Origin: Lama guanicoe
Taxonomy: Eukaryota
Reading direction: 5' to 3'
Assembly (NCBI GenBank): GCA_013239625.1
Contig: MU056000.1
Span: forward strand, 13,653,175 to 13,717,174
DNA: 64,000 nucleotides
Part shown: piece after piece, positions 22,855 through 37,519 of the stretch
Numbering within the stretch: the stretch's first letter is position 1
Layout of the letters: every line of letters begins with the position of its first letter
The notes under the pieces: model-generated
What the model was told of the DNA's origin: nothing
Database searches by the model: none
What the model saw: the letters and a program-made list of their open reading frames with translations, nothing else
Position numbers and translations under genes: made by a program

Positions 22855-24420
22855 TTTCAGCTCATTCTTGAACACAGGTGTATTGAACACCAAACATTTG
22901 TGATAATCTGTGCTAGCCACAGAGATATAGGTGAGAACAAGACAAACCCATGCTCTGTCCTTGTGAGGTTCTATATTCTAGAAAGAAAGAATAATACCAA
23001 ACTAATGAAATTAAGTCCCAAGCAAAGGGGCACACACAGGCAAAATTCATAAGAAGAAATATGAACAGCAATGACTGAGTTAGAGTTTGAGGAGGGGAAA
23101 TAGTGAGAAGTGAGACTGGAGACATACGCTGGGAAGAATGTAGTTTTTTTTCTGAAATCAAAGAAATACTATTAAAGGAAAGATAAATTAAAAGAGGGAG
23201 AAATGAATGTAGAACAAGTTGTTAAAAGTGTGGACTAGGTTGGACGATGACTGTGAGAAGCACTACAAAAGAAGATGGTGAAGAATTTTTAGATATTTTT
23301 GTGTTAGATCAACAGGAATGGAAATTGATGTTTGACATGTGAGAAAAAAAATTGTTTTTAATTTTAATTTTTAAAACAACTTGTGTTTGTCTCTAGAAGG
23401 TATCTCTGGGATGGCCTTTTCACTATTCATACCTGGGGATAGTATACAGCCTATTCTATTAGAAAATATCATAGACCTATTTATAATGGAAATACATTAT
23501 ACTAATATTAATATTATATATATATATATAAAATCTTTGTATTTAAGTTATTTTGTATGTGTGTATAATCACAAGTAGAGACAAATTTTAGGAATTTGAC
23601 TCAAGTTATTATGCAGACATACAAGTTAAAATCTTCACTACAGTCAACAGGCTGGAGATTAAGGTAGGAATTGATGTAGTCTTAAATTGGAAGGCTGGAA
23701 ACTCATACAGAATTACTATGTTGAGGTCCAGACACAAAATTCCATTTTCTTTGAGAAATCTTCTTTGGTTTAGATGGTGCCCACACATGTTATGGAGAGT
23801 AATTAGCTTTACTCAGAGTCAACTGATTGTCAATGCTATGTACGTCTACACAATACCTTTATACCAACATCTAGACTAGTGTTTGCCAAAAGAAAAAAAA
23901 AAATCAGGCACCATATTCTAGCCAAGCTGACATTAAAATTAAGTGTGGAATAATCCTGAGAGGTCAAGCAAGTCAAGTACTAGAAGGCATCCTTTGAATT
24001 TATTTGTGTTAGTGAACACGAAGTAAGAACTTAGAGAAACAGGATGAAAAGCCTGTTACAAGACACCAGCCATGGAGATGGACAGATGTGAGAGAGCTTA
24101 TTTGGTAGCATCTATGGGACTTTAAAGATTGACTGAGATTATTGATGGAGAAGAAACATCAAGGATAGTCTCTGGAATTAGCCCTGGTGATGGAGGTGAA
24201 TGCCATTCACTGAGCATCAAATGCAGGAAGTGGGCAGATATGGGAAGATAGGGGTCCAATAATGTGTTCAATTTGAAATATATCAAATTGCATCTACTTG
24301 TTGGAGACATAGTAGAGGCCAACCAGCTTAGGGAATAAATGAGTTTAGACAGAGATATTTGTTGGAGTGAAAAAGAGAAAAGGAGAAAGCTGTTTTCTGG
24401 GAATGACAGATATTAAACAA
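22855..24420 (-). mobile_element. Fragmented L2 interrupted by an MLT2 LTR
   Basis: tattgaacacc..tgtgctag..gaacaagaca (22.9 kb) and gaatgccattcactgag (24.2 kb) L2 motifs. Confidence 0.55.
23575..23945 (-). mobile_element. MLT2-type LTR
   Basis: gcccacacatgttatggagagtaattagctttactcagagtcaactgatt...caacatctagactagtgtttg...ctagccaagctgacattaaaattaa. Confidence 0.8.
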
Positions 24421-24489
24421 TGGGTAAAGAAAAGGATTAACGGAAGTGGCGATGAGGAGATGAAAATCTCTTTTATTTCCACCTCTGGG

Positions 24490-24670
24490 TTGCCATACTG
24501 TGCTAGGACTTTACAGGTGCTGAACATTCTCACACCCACACTGTGGGGTAGATAAACATCTATATCAGTATATAAATTGAGCCTCTGAAAAAGTAAATGA
24601 TTTGCTCAAATTCTGATTAAAAGATAGAGATTAGAATCCAAATTTCCCTTGTTCCAGTTGCTAGATTCTA
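24490..24670 (-). mobile_element. Degraded MIR
   Basis: actgtgctaggactttaca...gtaaatgatttgctcaa...gattagaatcca. Confidence 0.55.
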
Positions 24671-24707
24671 AAGAGTTCAACAAGTTCAACAAGTTCAAGA
24701 AACTACT

Positions 24708-25220
24708 TGTGGAAGGCAGAATAACACCTCACCCTCAGATGGCCAAACTGTCATCCCTGGGACCCGTGAATGTTACTTTAAATGACAAGATTAGCTTTGC
24801 CCAGAGAATTACATTTATTTTTAAAATAGAAGATTATCTTGGATTATTTGGATGAGTCCCATATACATAATCTCGTGGGCTCATAAAAGTGGAAGAAGAA
24901 CGGAGAAAGGTCAGTAAGAGAAACACAAAGATGGGAGAAGAGACAAGAGAGATTCAAAGCCTGTGAAGGATTCAACACACCATTGTGCATTTGAAGATGG
25001 ATAAAAGGGTCCACAAATGGAGGAATGAGGGTAGCTTCTGGAACTGTGAAGGGCTCTCATTTCACAGCCAAGAAATAAAATCTGAATAGAGCCTTCAACA
25101 CAGCCCCACCATCATCTAGATTTTAGCTGGATGATGCATCAGGGTTACGAGGTAATAAATATATTTTGTTTTAAGCTGCTAGGTAGTTATTTGTTATGGC
25201 AGCAATAAAAACCTACTATA
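24708..25220 (+). mobile_element. MLT1D-like MaLR solo LTR
   Basis: tgtggaaggcagaataa...ccgtgaatgttactt...ttgttttaagctgctag...ttgttatggcagcaata. Confidence 0.85.
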
Positions 25221-28158
25221 TTTAGTTTATTTTTGTAAACAACGTGTTAGGCATATGATAGACTGAATGATCGACATAGGAAAAATATTAATTAAAACAC
25301 AAATGCTAAAACACAAAATGCACATTTTGGCAATCATCCTGCTCCTATCTTGCTTATACTATGTGTAATAGTAAAAAAAATGCATGATAATACAAAATTC
25401 TCTGAGCACAATTTATATTCGATATTATTTTATAACAGAAATGTTATTGAATAAAAGAGATACATAATTCTATTTGTTCTAAAGTTTTTAAAAAAGCAAC
25501 CAGAACTAGAGACTTGCTAATCGGGATAGCACAATCATTTATGGTGTATAGTTTATCATGTCTAACAAATTCTCACTAAAATGAAATAGTGCAGCCAATT
25601 CCATTTTCTAGCAGTAATAAGTTTTTGTTTTAGCCCCAGGGTTCTCTGGCCAATTCACCCGAGAGTAGATTGAAATGAACTTCTGGTCCTCAAATTCTCA
25701 GACTTATGATACCCAAACAATTTCCTATGTATAATCTGTTGGCCTTTTTTTCTTTTTTTCATTTTCTATCCTTTATATTATTTATATCATCCTTGTTCAA
25801 AATAGAGAATACTGGTGACTTTTTATTAGAGAAATAAATCATTGCTTAGAAGAAGGTGGTGTAAGGATATTTAGCTCATTTTAGTTCATTTGTCTGGGAT
25901 TATGCTGTGAAATTGAGCTGTGAGAAGACATTAGTTGAAGCTGGTCCTCATTGTAACATTAATAGGACAAGAAATGACACTGAACGTTAATATTTAAGGC
26001 TCAGTGTGTTTCCACTTTCAGCTATGAAGTCAACATGATTTAGCTTTCACTTTATTTTTAAAACCACTAAGAACTTCACAACATTTCAAAAGTGTCTTTC
26101 ACTAGTTTGTGGAGACAATGGCCCATTATTTCTATTCTTTACAAGTTCTATTTTCAATACTTTTCTTTTTTTATCTCATACTTTCAATGATTCATTCCTT
26201 CTAGGCAGAAAAAAAGCTATCAAAATAAGTCATCTTTTTTTTCCTGTTAGTTTGTACAAATCAAGATACGAGAACTTAATTTATTTTAAAAGGTAAATAT
26301 GATCTGCCTCATTCACTAACACAAAGTTAAATAAAATTCTGGCTTTCCAGAACAGGCATAGCAACTTCCTTTTCGTTTCTGTCCACAATCTCCCTAACTT
26401 TACCAAACATAACCTTAATGGATCCTTTATTCAGAGCTAGTTTACATATAACTTAGTGAATTATCATTGACATATTAATCAGTTATGTTTTCTGAGGTTA
26501 TAGTAAAAACTGTAGGATATGATCTCTCTCAAAGAATTTGCCATCAAGAGCAAATGACAAGAGGAATATGTAAAGTATATTTGAAATCTTAAATGATATA
26601 TGGTCACAGAGTTTAAGTTCTGTTTTATTAGAGAGACCTTGTGTAGCTGAGAATTTATCATGGTTTTTAAACCTAAGCAAAGAAAATTAAATAAAGTGAA
26701 TGAAGAAAACCACTGGGTTTTTATCAGCAAAATTACTGACTAGATCTAGCCCTAAGTTGATGCTCTGATAACATATAAGTACACCTTTAGCGCAGCATTT
26801 ACCATCGGACATTGAATGGTCCTGTGCCTGTCTCTCGCCTGTGGCTTGTCTCAGTCACATTTATTTTTCCCTCTCTGGATTCCTGGTACTTAGTATAAAG
26901 CTTGCCTCATGTTGTGTGCTCTCTCTCTATTTTTTGCGAAACCTTAGATTGACCCAGGCGGTAGGTTAAACTGGAATTTGAACCACAGGTTTAGCAGGCT
27001 TCTGGAGATGCTTTGTGAGCCGGGAGATCATAAGCAGTTGTCATACAATCTCACACACATATCAGCGCAATGTCACTGTCTGGGATTCATGCATCTCTTT
27101 AAGTCAAGTGCCTTTCAGGAATTGTGGAATTCAGATGACTGCACCAGGGATCTCTGGTTCAGTTCCACATTTGTACAGAAGAAAATAAATTCCTTCACTC
27201 ACTCTCTCTGTCCTAAACCTAGATAGTCCCAGAACTTGCACCAGCCCTCTGGTTCCACCTGTCCCCAGCAGCTGCTCTACCAGTGCAGATGTTCTGTAGT
27301 CGACATACGGATGGACGTTAGGAAGATGAGCACAAGAGCGGGGCAGCCATCTCTCTAGAACCACCTCTCCCTCTTCAACGTGTCAGTTCTTTCTAATTTT
27401 TGAAAACTGTGTCCCACATTTGCTTCCATCCAATTTTTGCAATTTGTAAAAATCTGACTGAACACACCTTGGTTTAAAATGTCTGCTATTATTTGCCATG
27501 GACTTTGCCAACCTTAGATATTACAGCGACATGGATAGGAGTGATTTGCCCAGTTACGACTAGGGAGGAAACTCTAAAGTCAAGTAAGTCATACTCTATA
27601 AACAACAGCATTGCACTCCAGGGGTTCACAGGAAGTTCAGAAAAAAAGGAAAGAAGAGGGCTGCTGTCAGCTGGCACTGTGTTCATGGAAGAGATGATAA
27701 AGTCCTTCATGACTTCCGGAAACTCATGCCCTCCCACCATGAATCCTGAACTCCTGAAATTCTACATTCTACTACTATTTTTTCACCTACCTTAAATCAG
27801 TTTTGAAACTCTTCCCTCCTGTCTGACCATCCAACATATCACCACCAGCTGCCATGCAAAGTCCCTCTCGGCTTCAATGCCTCTTGCAAGTTAAGCTACC
27901 CGACCAGATGTATCTGAGCCTCAAGGCAGGCAAAAGGAAAATTAAGACATTGAAGAGGTCCAAGTGGGAGAGAAATCATAAATGAATCTCTCAGAAGGTA
28001 ATATTAGCTCCTGGGGAAATAGAGCAAGATTGAAAAAAAAATTTAATTAAAATAATAGGAGCTTTCTGAGAGCTTTGGAAATCCATTTCCTAAGGATTAT
28101 TCTGTTTACAGTGAAGTGGAAGAGGGTATGAGTATAAAATATAATTAGTGATCTCGAT

Positions 28159-28377
28159 CAGGGATTGAAAATTTCTCAGCAAAGAGCTGAATAGTAAAAA
28201 TTTCAACCTTTGCTGGTCATAAGATCTCTGTCATGACTATCCAACTCTAAGGAAAACAGTAGACAATACAAACATAGGTAATACAGAAATAAATAAACAT
28301 CACTTTGTTCTAATAAACTTTATTTACACAGTCAGGGGTCCACATTTGATCCCTGAGCTGTAGATTATCAAAGCCTG
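28159..28377. mobile_element. MER58-like hAT-Charlie MITE
   Basis: cagggattg...cctg termini; aatagtaaaaattt..ctttgctggtcataagatctctgtca; ttctaataaactttatttaca. Confidence 0.75.
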
Positions 28378-28707
28378 CACTGGATAAACAAGGAATAAAC
28401 ATGTCAAAGCAATGAAAATCCTGAAGGAAAACAAAACATCAGAGGCTTGTAGACCAGAATTAGGAAACCTTAACAAAAAGCACTCCAGAGAATGGAGTAA
28501 AAGCCAGCCCTAAAATTAGAGTAAAATATTTCTGTCTTATAAATAGGCCTATATATGCGGATTGGTTTTGTTAGTAACAATGGAAATTTGAAAGGTACAG
28601 GACTTCTTAAACTAATTGATGAGGAGAATAAAGATTTAAATGCCAAGAATCTTGTGCCCAGCTGGCAATCCTTTGATTTTTTTTTCAGCAGAGTCTGGGA
28701 CATAGAT

Positions 28708-28820
28708 GTGTTAGCTTCCTCAGACTGCCATACCAGAATACACAGACTAACAGCTTAAACTACAAAAATGCATTTATTTTTTCAATCCTGGAGACTGGGA
28801 GCCCCAGATCAAGACCCTGC
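28708..28820 (-). mobile_element. MLT1 LTR fragment
   Basis: tgtgttagcttcc..ctgccataccagaatacacagact..ctggagactggga..cagatcaag. Confidence 0.7.
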
Positions 28821-29122
28821 TATGACTAAATTTAAGTCCAAAGGCAAATGTGTTCATCAATAATCAAATAAACAGCATCTTTCAATTTAATTCAGTATAA
28901 TTTTCCTTCCAAAGCAAGTAGCTCCCCAAATATTGCCTCATCTTTTAATATCAAACATGTACTTAATAAAATAGCATGCAAAAGAAAAAATGCTTAAAAT
29001 TCTGCGAGTGGGTAACGGTTACATAACTACAAAGTGACCTCTTTATGTTAAACTAGTCATCGTGAGTAATTATTTCGATGAAGAACATTTGATGACCTCA
29101 AGTAATATTTATGTTATATGCA

Positions 29123-29443
29123 TGTCTCAGTCCATTCTGGCTTCTCTAAGAAAATACCATAGACTAGGAGATGTATAAACAACAGACATCTATTTTTCAG
29201 AGCTTCTAGCTGAAAAGTCCAAGATAAGTCTTCCACAGATTCGACGTCTGGTAAGATGTCCCCACATGGCAGAATAGGGAAAGGAGCTCTGTGGGGGTCT
29301 CTTTTATAAGGATGCTAATCTCATTCGTGAGGGCTCCACCCACATGATCTAGTCAACTCTCAAAGGACCTACCTCCTCATACCATCAAATTGGGAATCAG
29401 GTTTCAACATATGATTTGGGGACACAAACATTCTGTCTATAAC
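29123..29443 (-). mobile_element. MLT1A-like solo LTR
   Basis: tgtctcagtccatt..aaataccatagact..tcttttataagg..gggctccaccc..tttcaacatatgatttggggacacaaacatt. Confidence 0.9.
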
Positions 29444-29514
29444 AACGTAAAAAAGTCAAGATGTGAAATATCATTGACAGTAGTGTCCATAAATGGTCAA
29501 AAAGACATGTACAA

Positions 29515-29820
29515 AGCCTTAGTTTCCTACGACTACCACAACAAAGTACCACAAACTAGGGGGCTTAAAAAACAGAAATGTATTCTCTGATAGTTCTCAA
29601 GGCTAGAAGTGTGAAATCAAACTGTCAGCAGACCCACACTCCCTCTGAGTCCTAGGGAGGAATCCTTCTTCGTCTCTTTCTGGCTGCTGGTGGTGGTTAG
29701 CAATCCTTGGAGTTCATTGGCTTGTAGCTGCATCCCTTCAATTTCTGCTTGCATCATCATAGGATGCTCCTCCCATGGATCTGTGTTGGGTTACTGCAAT
29801 CCAGAACGATCTCATGTAAG
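29515..29820 (-). mobile_element. MLT1C-like LTR fragment
   Basis: aaagtaccacaaactagggggcttaaaaaacagaaatgtattct..aatccttggagttcattggcttgtagctgcatc. Confidence 0.85.
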
Positions 29821-30378
29821 TGCTATTTCTGGGTGATGGAGACTATGAGTATCCAGCATTCTTTATTTGTACATCATTATGATTTGTAAAATGTCTACAA
29901 TGGATATAAATTAATGTCACAATTAAAATGACTTTAAAAACAAATTTAAAGGGATCATACAACATGACTTGAATATGATTCTTTAATCATGTATAACTGA
30001 TGTGTAAAAGTTATACAGATGCTTTCAGTATAAATAGATGTGATAGAAACACATCAAACATTCAATTAACCTGCCTTATCAGTTAGGTGCAGATTATTCA
30101 AGTCTCCCAGAAAAAAAAAAAGATAAGAGAAGAAAATGAGCTACAATTCCCAAGTTTCACATGCCTGCCCTTGTTTAAATGGGAAATAATAATACCGCCT
30201 TGCTCATAAACTGATGAGCTGAAATGGAGACAATTTAGGGACTATTTTCCCAGTATCTCCCTGTGAGAAACACAGATGTTCTTGCAGGTTGCCATTTGCC
30301 AAGGCTCCCCATTTTCCTGTCTTGGACATTTTCTCAAACCATATTGTGTGACCAAAGTTTATAATTGTATAAGTGGGG

Positions 30379-30409
<31 letters not shown>

Positions 30410-33400
30410 CACTGCTTTCCTTTTGTGAAAGTAAGTTTAGTTTTTAAAGTCTCATATAGTGTTTTTCCAAAATTTGGTTCTTGGGCTACTTGATTTCTTG
30501 GATGGTAAATACTGATAGTTGAAAGCAGCTATGCAATTTCTTAATCCAGGAGAGGCACACTGTCTTTTTTGGTGATATAATTTATAACTTTACTGTATTT
30601 AGAGAATTTCAGTACAAGGGAAGCAATAAGAGAAGACAATTCAAGGGGATTAATAATTTTCAAAATGCCAGAGGCCAAATTATAATCAAGTTTTCATACA
30701 GTTAGTTAATTAACACTTGGAAATAGGCTTAATTTATGTGGAATTTAGAGTACTCTTAATAGGTTAGACGCATGTAATTGCCTTTAGTACCTATAATTAT
30801 CTTGATGCATAATTTGCATGGAATAGGATGATAAATGATCTGGAAAAACATTAGAATTCCAAAAATCTTGCTAAACGTTCAAAGCGATGTTCAAGCCTCT
30901 TGAAGAGATCTTCAATCTGTTACTTCATTTCTAAGAACATTGTAACTATTTGTCAATAAGATAAAATAAACTTCTTGCTATAATTGATGTCAGCATTGTA
31001 TTAAAGAGCAGTAATCTGCTTGTTATTTATAGAAAGCATTGTAGAGATAAAAATATATTGCTTTTCAGAAATGCTTAACAAGGTCCTATTGTGTTCAATA
31101 GACTGTGGAGAAATATAAAGCTCAATTGTTATTCTTTAAAAAGTGTACAAGTAGTTGGTCAAATAAGGTTTGTCTAGCAGGAAATAAAATGTGTGTTAGT
31201 CAATGAGACACTGTCTGAGAAACAGATGGGCATAAAGAAATGTTAACTCTTTTATAACAACCTGGGACAGGTATGTACTTGTAGTGCTCGTTCTGGGCCC
31301 CAGGTTTAGTATCAGAAATGTCAGCTAATATATTATCTCATTCAGAGGGTACCAAGAGGAAAATTCAAACTTTCTAGAAGGTTCCATCCAAGGAATAAAC
31401 CACTTTAATATAGTCAATGCAGCTTCTTCCTCATTGTGGTGAGTAAAAGTCTCTTAATATACTGCCATGTTTCTAATTCTTCCTTCTCCTCATTTTAAAA
31501 AGAATCAAGAAAGCCTTTAAGAAATATCTAGCCTTTTTCTCTCTTTCTAAATTAAACTTAAAAAAAAAAAACTTGGTTTTAAACATTTTTATAGAATAAC
31601 TTTAATCAATTTAAAACTTCTACACTTCCCAGTCTTTAGTTTGAAATAAATGGAGTCATACCCCACTTTTTCCTCCTTAAAATCTTACCATCTCTTTTTC
31701 TGTCTCTTTTTTTTTTTTTAACATCTGGTCTAAAATCAAACTGATCTCTATTTGGACTCTTGCTTTCTGAAATATTCAACCATTACTACCCACTGTCTCC
31801 CTTCTTTCCCAGAATTAGAATCTGATGCTACATTATGTTGCAGCAAATAGAAAGCTCAGATTAAATTTAAAACACTATTTTCTGTTAGCTACCTCATGCC
31901 AGTGAGCAGAAAATAGAAGACAGGAAAAAAAAGAAAACAACCAGCAGACAGTCCTCATGCCCATGTCTGCGCACTCTCAGCTCCTTTCCGCATGCAGAAT
32001 TCCAGAAAAGATGAAGTTTAAATGTTGAGGCCATAGTCTTTATTCCTAAAGAATTAATATGATCATGGTATCATTTGGAGCTGATCACAAGGACGGCAGG
32101 AAAATTTCAGGCTGAGAACAGTGCGACGTCTTCAGGCTTCATCTGACATTCGCTCTCCATGTTACTACATCTCTTTTGTGTGGAGCCACAGCGGTTTGTC
32201 TCTGAATCTGAACTGTCATCAATCCAGAGGTTCTGTTCTTTTCTGCTGGGATCATAAAGTGAGCCAGTCTGTCTAGCTTCTCTGTTGCCCCTTTTTTGTG
32301 TTAATTACTCTAGCCACAATTCTGTAAAGAGCATGGATGTTCTGCTTTTGTTTTGTTTTGTTTTTCTTTTCTTTGAGGCTAGATAGAGTTAATAGAGACA
32401 CCTTTCTTTCCCAAGTAGAGTCCCACTCCTGCTCAGTTGGTGTTCCTTATCTTGGTCCTGCTCTGTGGAATAGGTTTTTACAAATGTAAGTGGCATACAG
32501 GAGGTGGCTTGAAATTGTATGGATTCTCAAACACATGTATTTAGTTCTTGTCAAAACACCTAGTCAGGAACTAAGGGCAGGTAAGTGAGGTGTACATGCC
32601 TCCCCTGACCCTCCTCTGAGCCTTTTAAAGTCACCCTGCACCCATGAAGTTCTCTGAGGGAGAAACTCATCTCTCTCGTTGATCAAACAAAGTTTAGACT
32701 TTCGAAGTTCTCTCAGTAAAGACCCAGAATCATGAACTCAGGATGTACAGGGTAGTATTTGATTGTCTATTAGATATGGGACACCTGAGTAACTGGAAAT
32801 ATTAGCTTGACTATATGAAATTATATTGGTTATATGGTAACCAATGATATGCCATATGATAACAATTTTATACAAGTTACATAAATAGATCAAAAATGAA
32901 ATTTTTTTTAGAGACTGTCTAGATGGCAACAACTTGAAAGTTGAGGAATTGTTTGTTATTTAGAATCCTAAACTAGCAAAAAATGTTTTAGATCATTAAA
33001 AAATAAACATTATTCAAAGGTCACTTAAAAGTTATGCTTAAATTTCTAGGATTCTAAAGCAGGGGGGAAAAAAAGATTTTCAAGCTTAGCCAAAAGCCTA
33101 TAAAGGGAAGCAGTATTTTCCACTTTCCTATAGCAGTTTTAGTCTAGAACAGGAAAAGATTATTCCATGGATCCAAATCAGACTAAGTAAAAACCGTATG
33201 GGAGTTTCTAAAACCTGCTGGAAGACCGATGCAAACAATCTCGCGGCTTTGGATACAGACTGAGAACTGACTAAGCCACAGAGGTCCCCCCTGCTTCTTG
33301 AAAGTTCATTTTATGCCAATTTGCTTTTCTGAAAGCCCTACATTAGGACTCTGTTCCCACCTACTGAAGGAAATCCAAAGAGGATTTTTGCTTTTACGAA

Positions 33401-35221
33401 AAAGAGTGAACAGCAAAAATAGCATGCAGCAGTTGTTCTGCAGGGAGTGGTCACAGCGGCCACAGCGCCCCGCCAGCAGTGAGAGCGGCCCCTCCAAGTC
33501 CCTTCCCTGGACCCATGCTCGGCATCTCAGCATCCAGCCCCCAGAGCTTTGAACTGTGTGAACATCTCGTTTCTGTTTATTTTATTTTTTGCATCTGTTA
33601 GCAAGGGGGTCCTAGGGGAATTGCTTCTTTGTTTTATGCCATTTTTGGCTTGCAAGAATTTCCATAGGAACACTCTACTTTCAGATGGGTGGGTGGAAAC
33701 TTTGCAATTGTCCTGGTTTAATACTTCCTTGAAGGGACACCATTCGTCCTCATTCCCTGCATGAACCCCTTCACCCCAGCTGTCTCGTCCCTCAACATGG
33801 TGGTGGAGAGCTGCGATCCTCTGATTCCCAGCACGTGCAGAAATCAATTATGTTTTCCTTAAACCACTGCTAATTTCAGAATACTAGGAGCCATACCAAA
33901 TATTCCATAAATTATGAGACTGGAAAAAAGTCACAAAATGGGAAAGGGTACAGGCCTGATTCCTCTTAACCCATTATAAGTACCCACTTTCATTAATGCT
34001 CATACATTTAAGTGTGTCCCCCTGTAATACAGAATACTCTTGCAAACAATGAAAAATAATTTATAAAAAGAAGCCCTTGACAGTTTACTTAAGTCACTAT
34101 GCTAGTTTCCCTTGTGTCACAAAATAATCCAGCCCACGCTTCCTTTGTGCCATAAAAGAATCCCAATATAAGAGAAAAATAATTGTCAGAAAACGAATCC
34201 TGAGATTCTTCTCAGTGTGTGTAAGCTAGTGTCCCACACTTTCTGAATAAAGCAGATGAAAGTGTATTTGTTGTAGCAATGCATTACGACTAGCTGTTAC
34301 TGGAGCGTGTATTTTCTCTTCACTTTATGCAGGAAAGAGACATGACCTTAATTTAAAATTTTAATACATGCTATTTATTTTCACAATAGAAGTGCAAGGT
34401 ATAAATATGTGGTAAGTTTTTATTTTTAAAAGTCTTATGATATAATATTTCCTTCCAAATGCGTAGATTGCCTTCATAAAAGTCTCCATAAAAGAGCATA
34501 CGTAAGTCCAACAATCGTGCCGTGTTCGGAGGGTCCGTGGGACTCAGCGATGAACTTCAAATCCTATGAAACATTAGTTTTCATTTTGAGACAGAGTTTG
34601 GATTTTGAGAGTAAAGTTGATTTTCAGAAATAGCCCAAATTGATTTCAAATGAATTTGTTGTGTCAGGGTGATATAAATTAACAGTTTAAAAATTGGACA
34701 ATAGAACAAGTAAACTGACTTTTCCATGGTTTTCATGCTGAATGGTGGATCCTTTTCTATCTTCCAATTTTATAAAACTCTCATTTATGATGCCAAAATC
34801 TTACTAGGTTTGTAGGAACTTTGTCCTTTCTTCCTTCCAGAGTACACAAAATATTGCCAATTTTCATGAACCAATCTTATCAAATCCAGCCTGGGGATGA
34901 TCATTTAATCTTATGATCTATATTCCTTTGCCAAGTTATATTCTATTTCTCTATCATCTTAATTGTGAAAATCATTATCAAAAATGTATTTCACTTATCT
35001 TAAAATGTGTTGAATTTAATTACTACAAGTTTTATCCCTAGTGTGGATAATAAATAATCTGAACATTTTGTTTTGTTCTATTAAACATTTTTACTCTAAA
35101 TAAAACCAAACTATTATGCCATGTTGACAACATCTCAGTTTTTTTTCGTGGCCCAAAGCAAGCGATCTGATAAGTTCAACACATAATGTTTAATTCTAAA
35201 TGCCATCTCATTCTTTATATT

Positions 35222-36320
35222 TTTATAAACTTTTTTATTTTCAAGTTGTTTTCGATTTACAGAAAGATTGCAAAGATGGTACAGAAAGTTCCCAGTCACC
35301 ACACATTCTGTTCACATTCTTACGTTTGTCGCAATTAATGAACAAATACTAACATATGTATTAACTGAAGTCTGTATTCTATTCACATTTCCTTAATTTT
35401 AGGCTAGTGCTCTTTTTTCTCTTCCAAGATCACACAATATATGGAGTCATCATGTCTCCTTGGGCTTATCTTGGCTATGATGGTTCCTCAGAGTTTGCTG
35501 ATTTTTTGATGACTTTGAAACTTTCGAGGAATACTAGTCAGTTACTTTGTAGAATATCCCTCCATTGGGATATTTCTGATGTTCTTTTCATGATTCCATG
35601 ATTCAACTTGGCCATGGAGTTTTAGGGAGAAAGACCACATCTGAAAATGCCATTCTTGTCACATTGTATCAAAGTTGTGCACTCCCAACAAGAATTATGA
35701 CCGCTGATGTTGACTGTCACCACCTGGCTAAGGTCTTGCTTGTCAGGTTTCTCCACTGTGAACATCAGTCTTTTTTTCTTCCTTCCCATACTGTATTTTT
35801 GTAAGGAAACCACTGTGCACAGTCTATACTTCCAGAGAGGGGCTTATGCTTTGCCTCCCTGAGGATGATTTGTCCATATAAACTGGTCATGATATTCTGC
35901 GTAGACGAGATTAACCTCTTCTCCCCTGTTCATTTGTTTACTTATTCAGCCACTTATAGCAATACTGACTTATGGATATTTATTTTATTCTTTGGGTTAA
36001 TTCAATACATTTTTACCCATTTGTAGACTTAAATTATTCCATCTTTAGCCATTGGGAGCTTTCAGTGAGTATCTGTATCTCTCTTCCATATCTCCATCAA
36101 TGTGTGTATATGTGTGGATGTGCACGTGCATGAGTGTTTAAGCATTTCCTTACTTGTTACCATTACAAGGTAGCCTAGGTTCATCTTGTAGATGAGCTGC
36201 TCCAGTCCTGGAATCAGCATTTTCTCCAAGAAGCATGAGTTTTTCTTCATTTGAAAATTGTATTACAAACCAAGATTTAGGTATGCAATGTGCTTTTTAC
36301 AGCCACTGGGGAATCATTTA
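35222..36320 (-). mobile_element. L1MC/L1MD-type 3' UTR
   Basis: gatttacagaaagattgcaaagatggtacagaaagttccc..gaggaatactagtcagttactttgtagaat..cctggaatcagcatttctccaagaagc. Confidence 0.85.
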
Positions 36321-37519
36321 TTGTTTAAAAGCTCTCAATTACATTATTAAAAACAAAAAATGAGTCATGTGATGGTTTTAGTTTAATAGACTCAGAAAAT
36401 ATTATATGAAGGAAAGAGCTGTTAGGAATGCATGCTAGGTGATACTGTGTAACGTAACTGATTTGTAATAATTTGCTTTCCATTGTAAGTAGGCAATGAG
36501 AGGTCATTTCCTGATCTTCCAGTTATTTATTTAAAGAACAAGACACTTGCAGCCTGAAAGACTGGAAGTCTTTCTTATCATCCTCCAATACACACTGTAC
36601 AGTCCAATACAGCCTTACCTAAAAATACATATAAAACAACTTCTATGGAAAATTCCCACAAGATAATAAAAGCAATGAAGGGGCATGTTTTCCACATTGA
36701 AATTTGTGCTTTTTAAGATACGAAGCTCACGTGTGTCACAGTGAATACTGTAGTAGGAGGTAGTTCATCTTCTGAATTCCACTGGCTAAGAGGACACAAT
36801 GTGGAAGAAAGCAAAACGAAATGGAGATACACAAACAGGGGTCCTTTTGCTCATCATGTTAATGAAATAAAAATACTTAAACAACTTGTGGAATTATTGA
36901 AAAAATAAACACATGTATTTTTTTTTTCATGTGAATGCTATCAATCGCTTATCTCTTTAAATTTTAAATTTCCCCAAAAGGTACCATAGACTATTAAAGC
37001 TATCCTTTGTTACACCATAAAGCATAGAAAAACACTATTTTCTTGTTACCAGCATTTGTTTGTTTGTTTTAAGCCAATGATGCAGGATATTCTATGACAG
37101 GAAGTTCTACTTGGCATCTTGCAAGAACTACTCTGTACTGGATCAGATAATGTATTTATAGTAAAGAGGGAGGAAAACTGTCCCAGAGGTTATTGAATCA
37201 ATACATGTCACTAAAACATATGAAATCATACGCATGCAATTTAGAGTGTTTTGTCTCAGATTTGAGAATGTGTATCCACTTCAGAATATCTCTGGATCAG
37301 TTCAGATTATCACTTGTGTCATAGGATGCTTAGGACGCCAACTACTGCACATGAAAGTTACAGAAAATAGGGGAATAACTGTGCAAATATGTTATGTATT
37401 ATTATCAATCCATCACAGAAGACATGTAACAGGAAAGATGTGTTCAGTGTGTAAGGGTGTTTTGTCTGTAGGCAGTGAGTTGATTTCTGGAGGCTGATGG
37501 GAAAAAATGAACCACATGT

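Noticed and set aside
33455..33490. CTCF site
   Set aside because: Poor fit to the core consensus spacing on either strand
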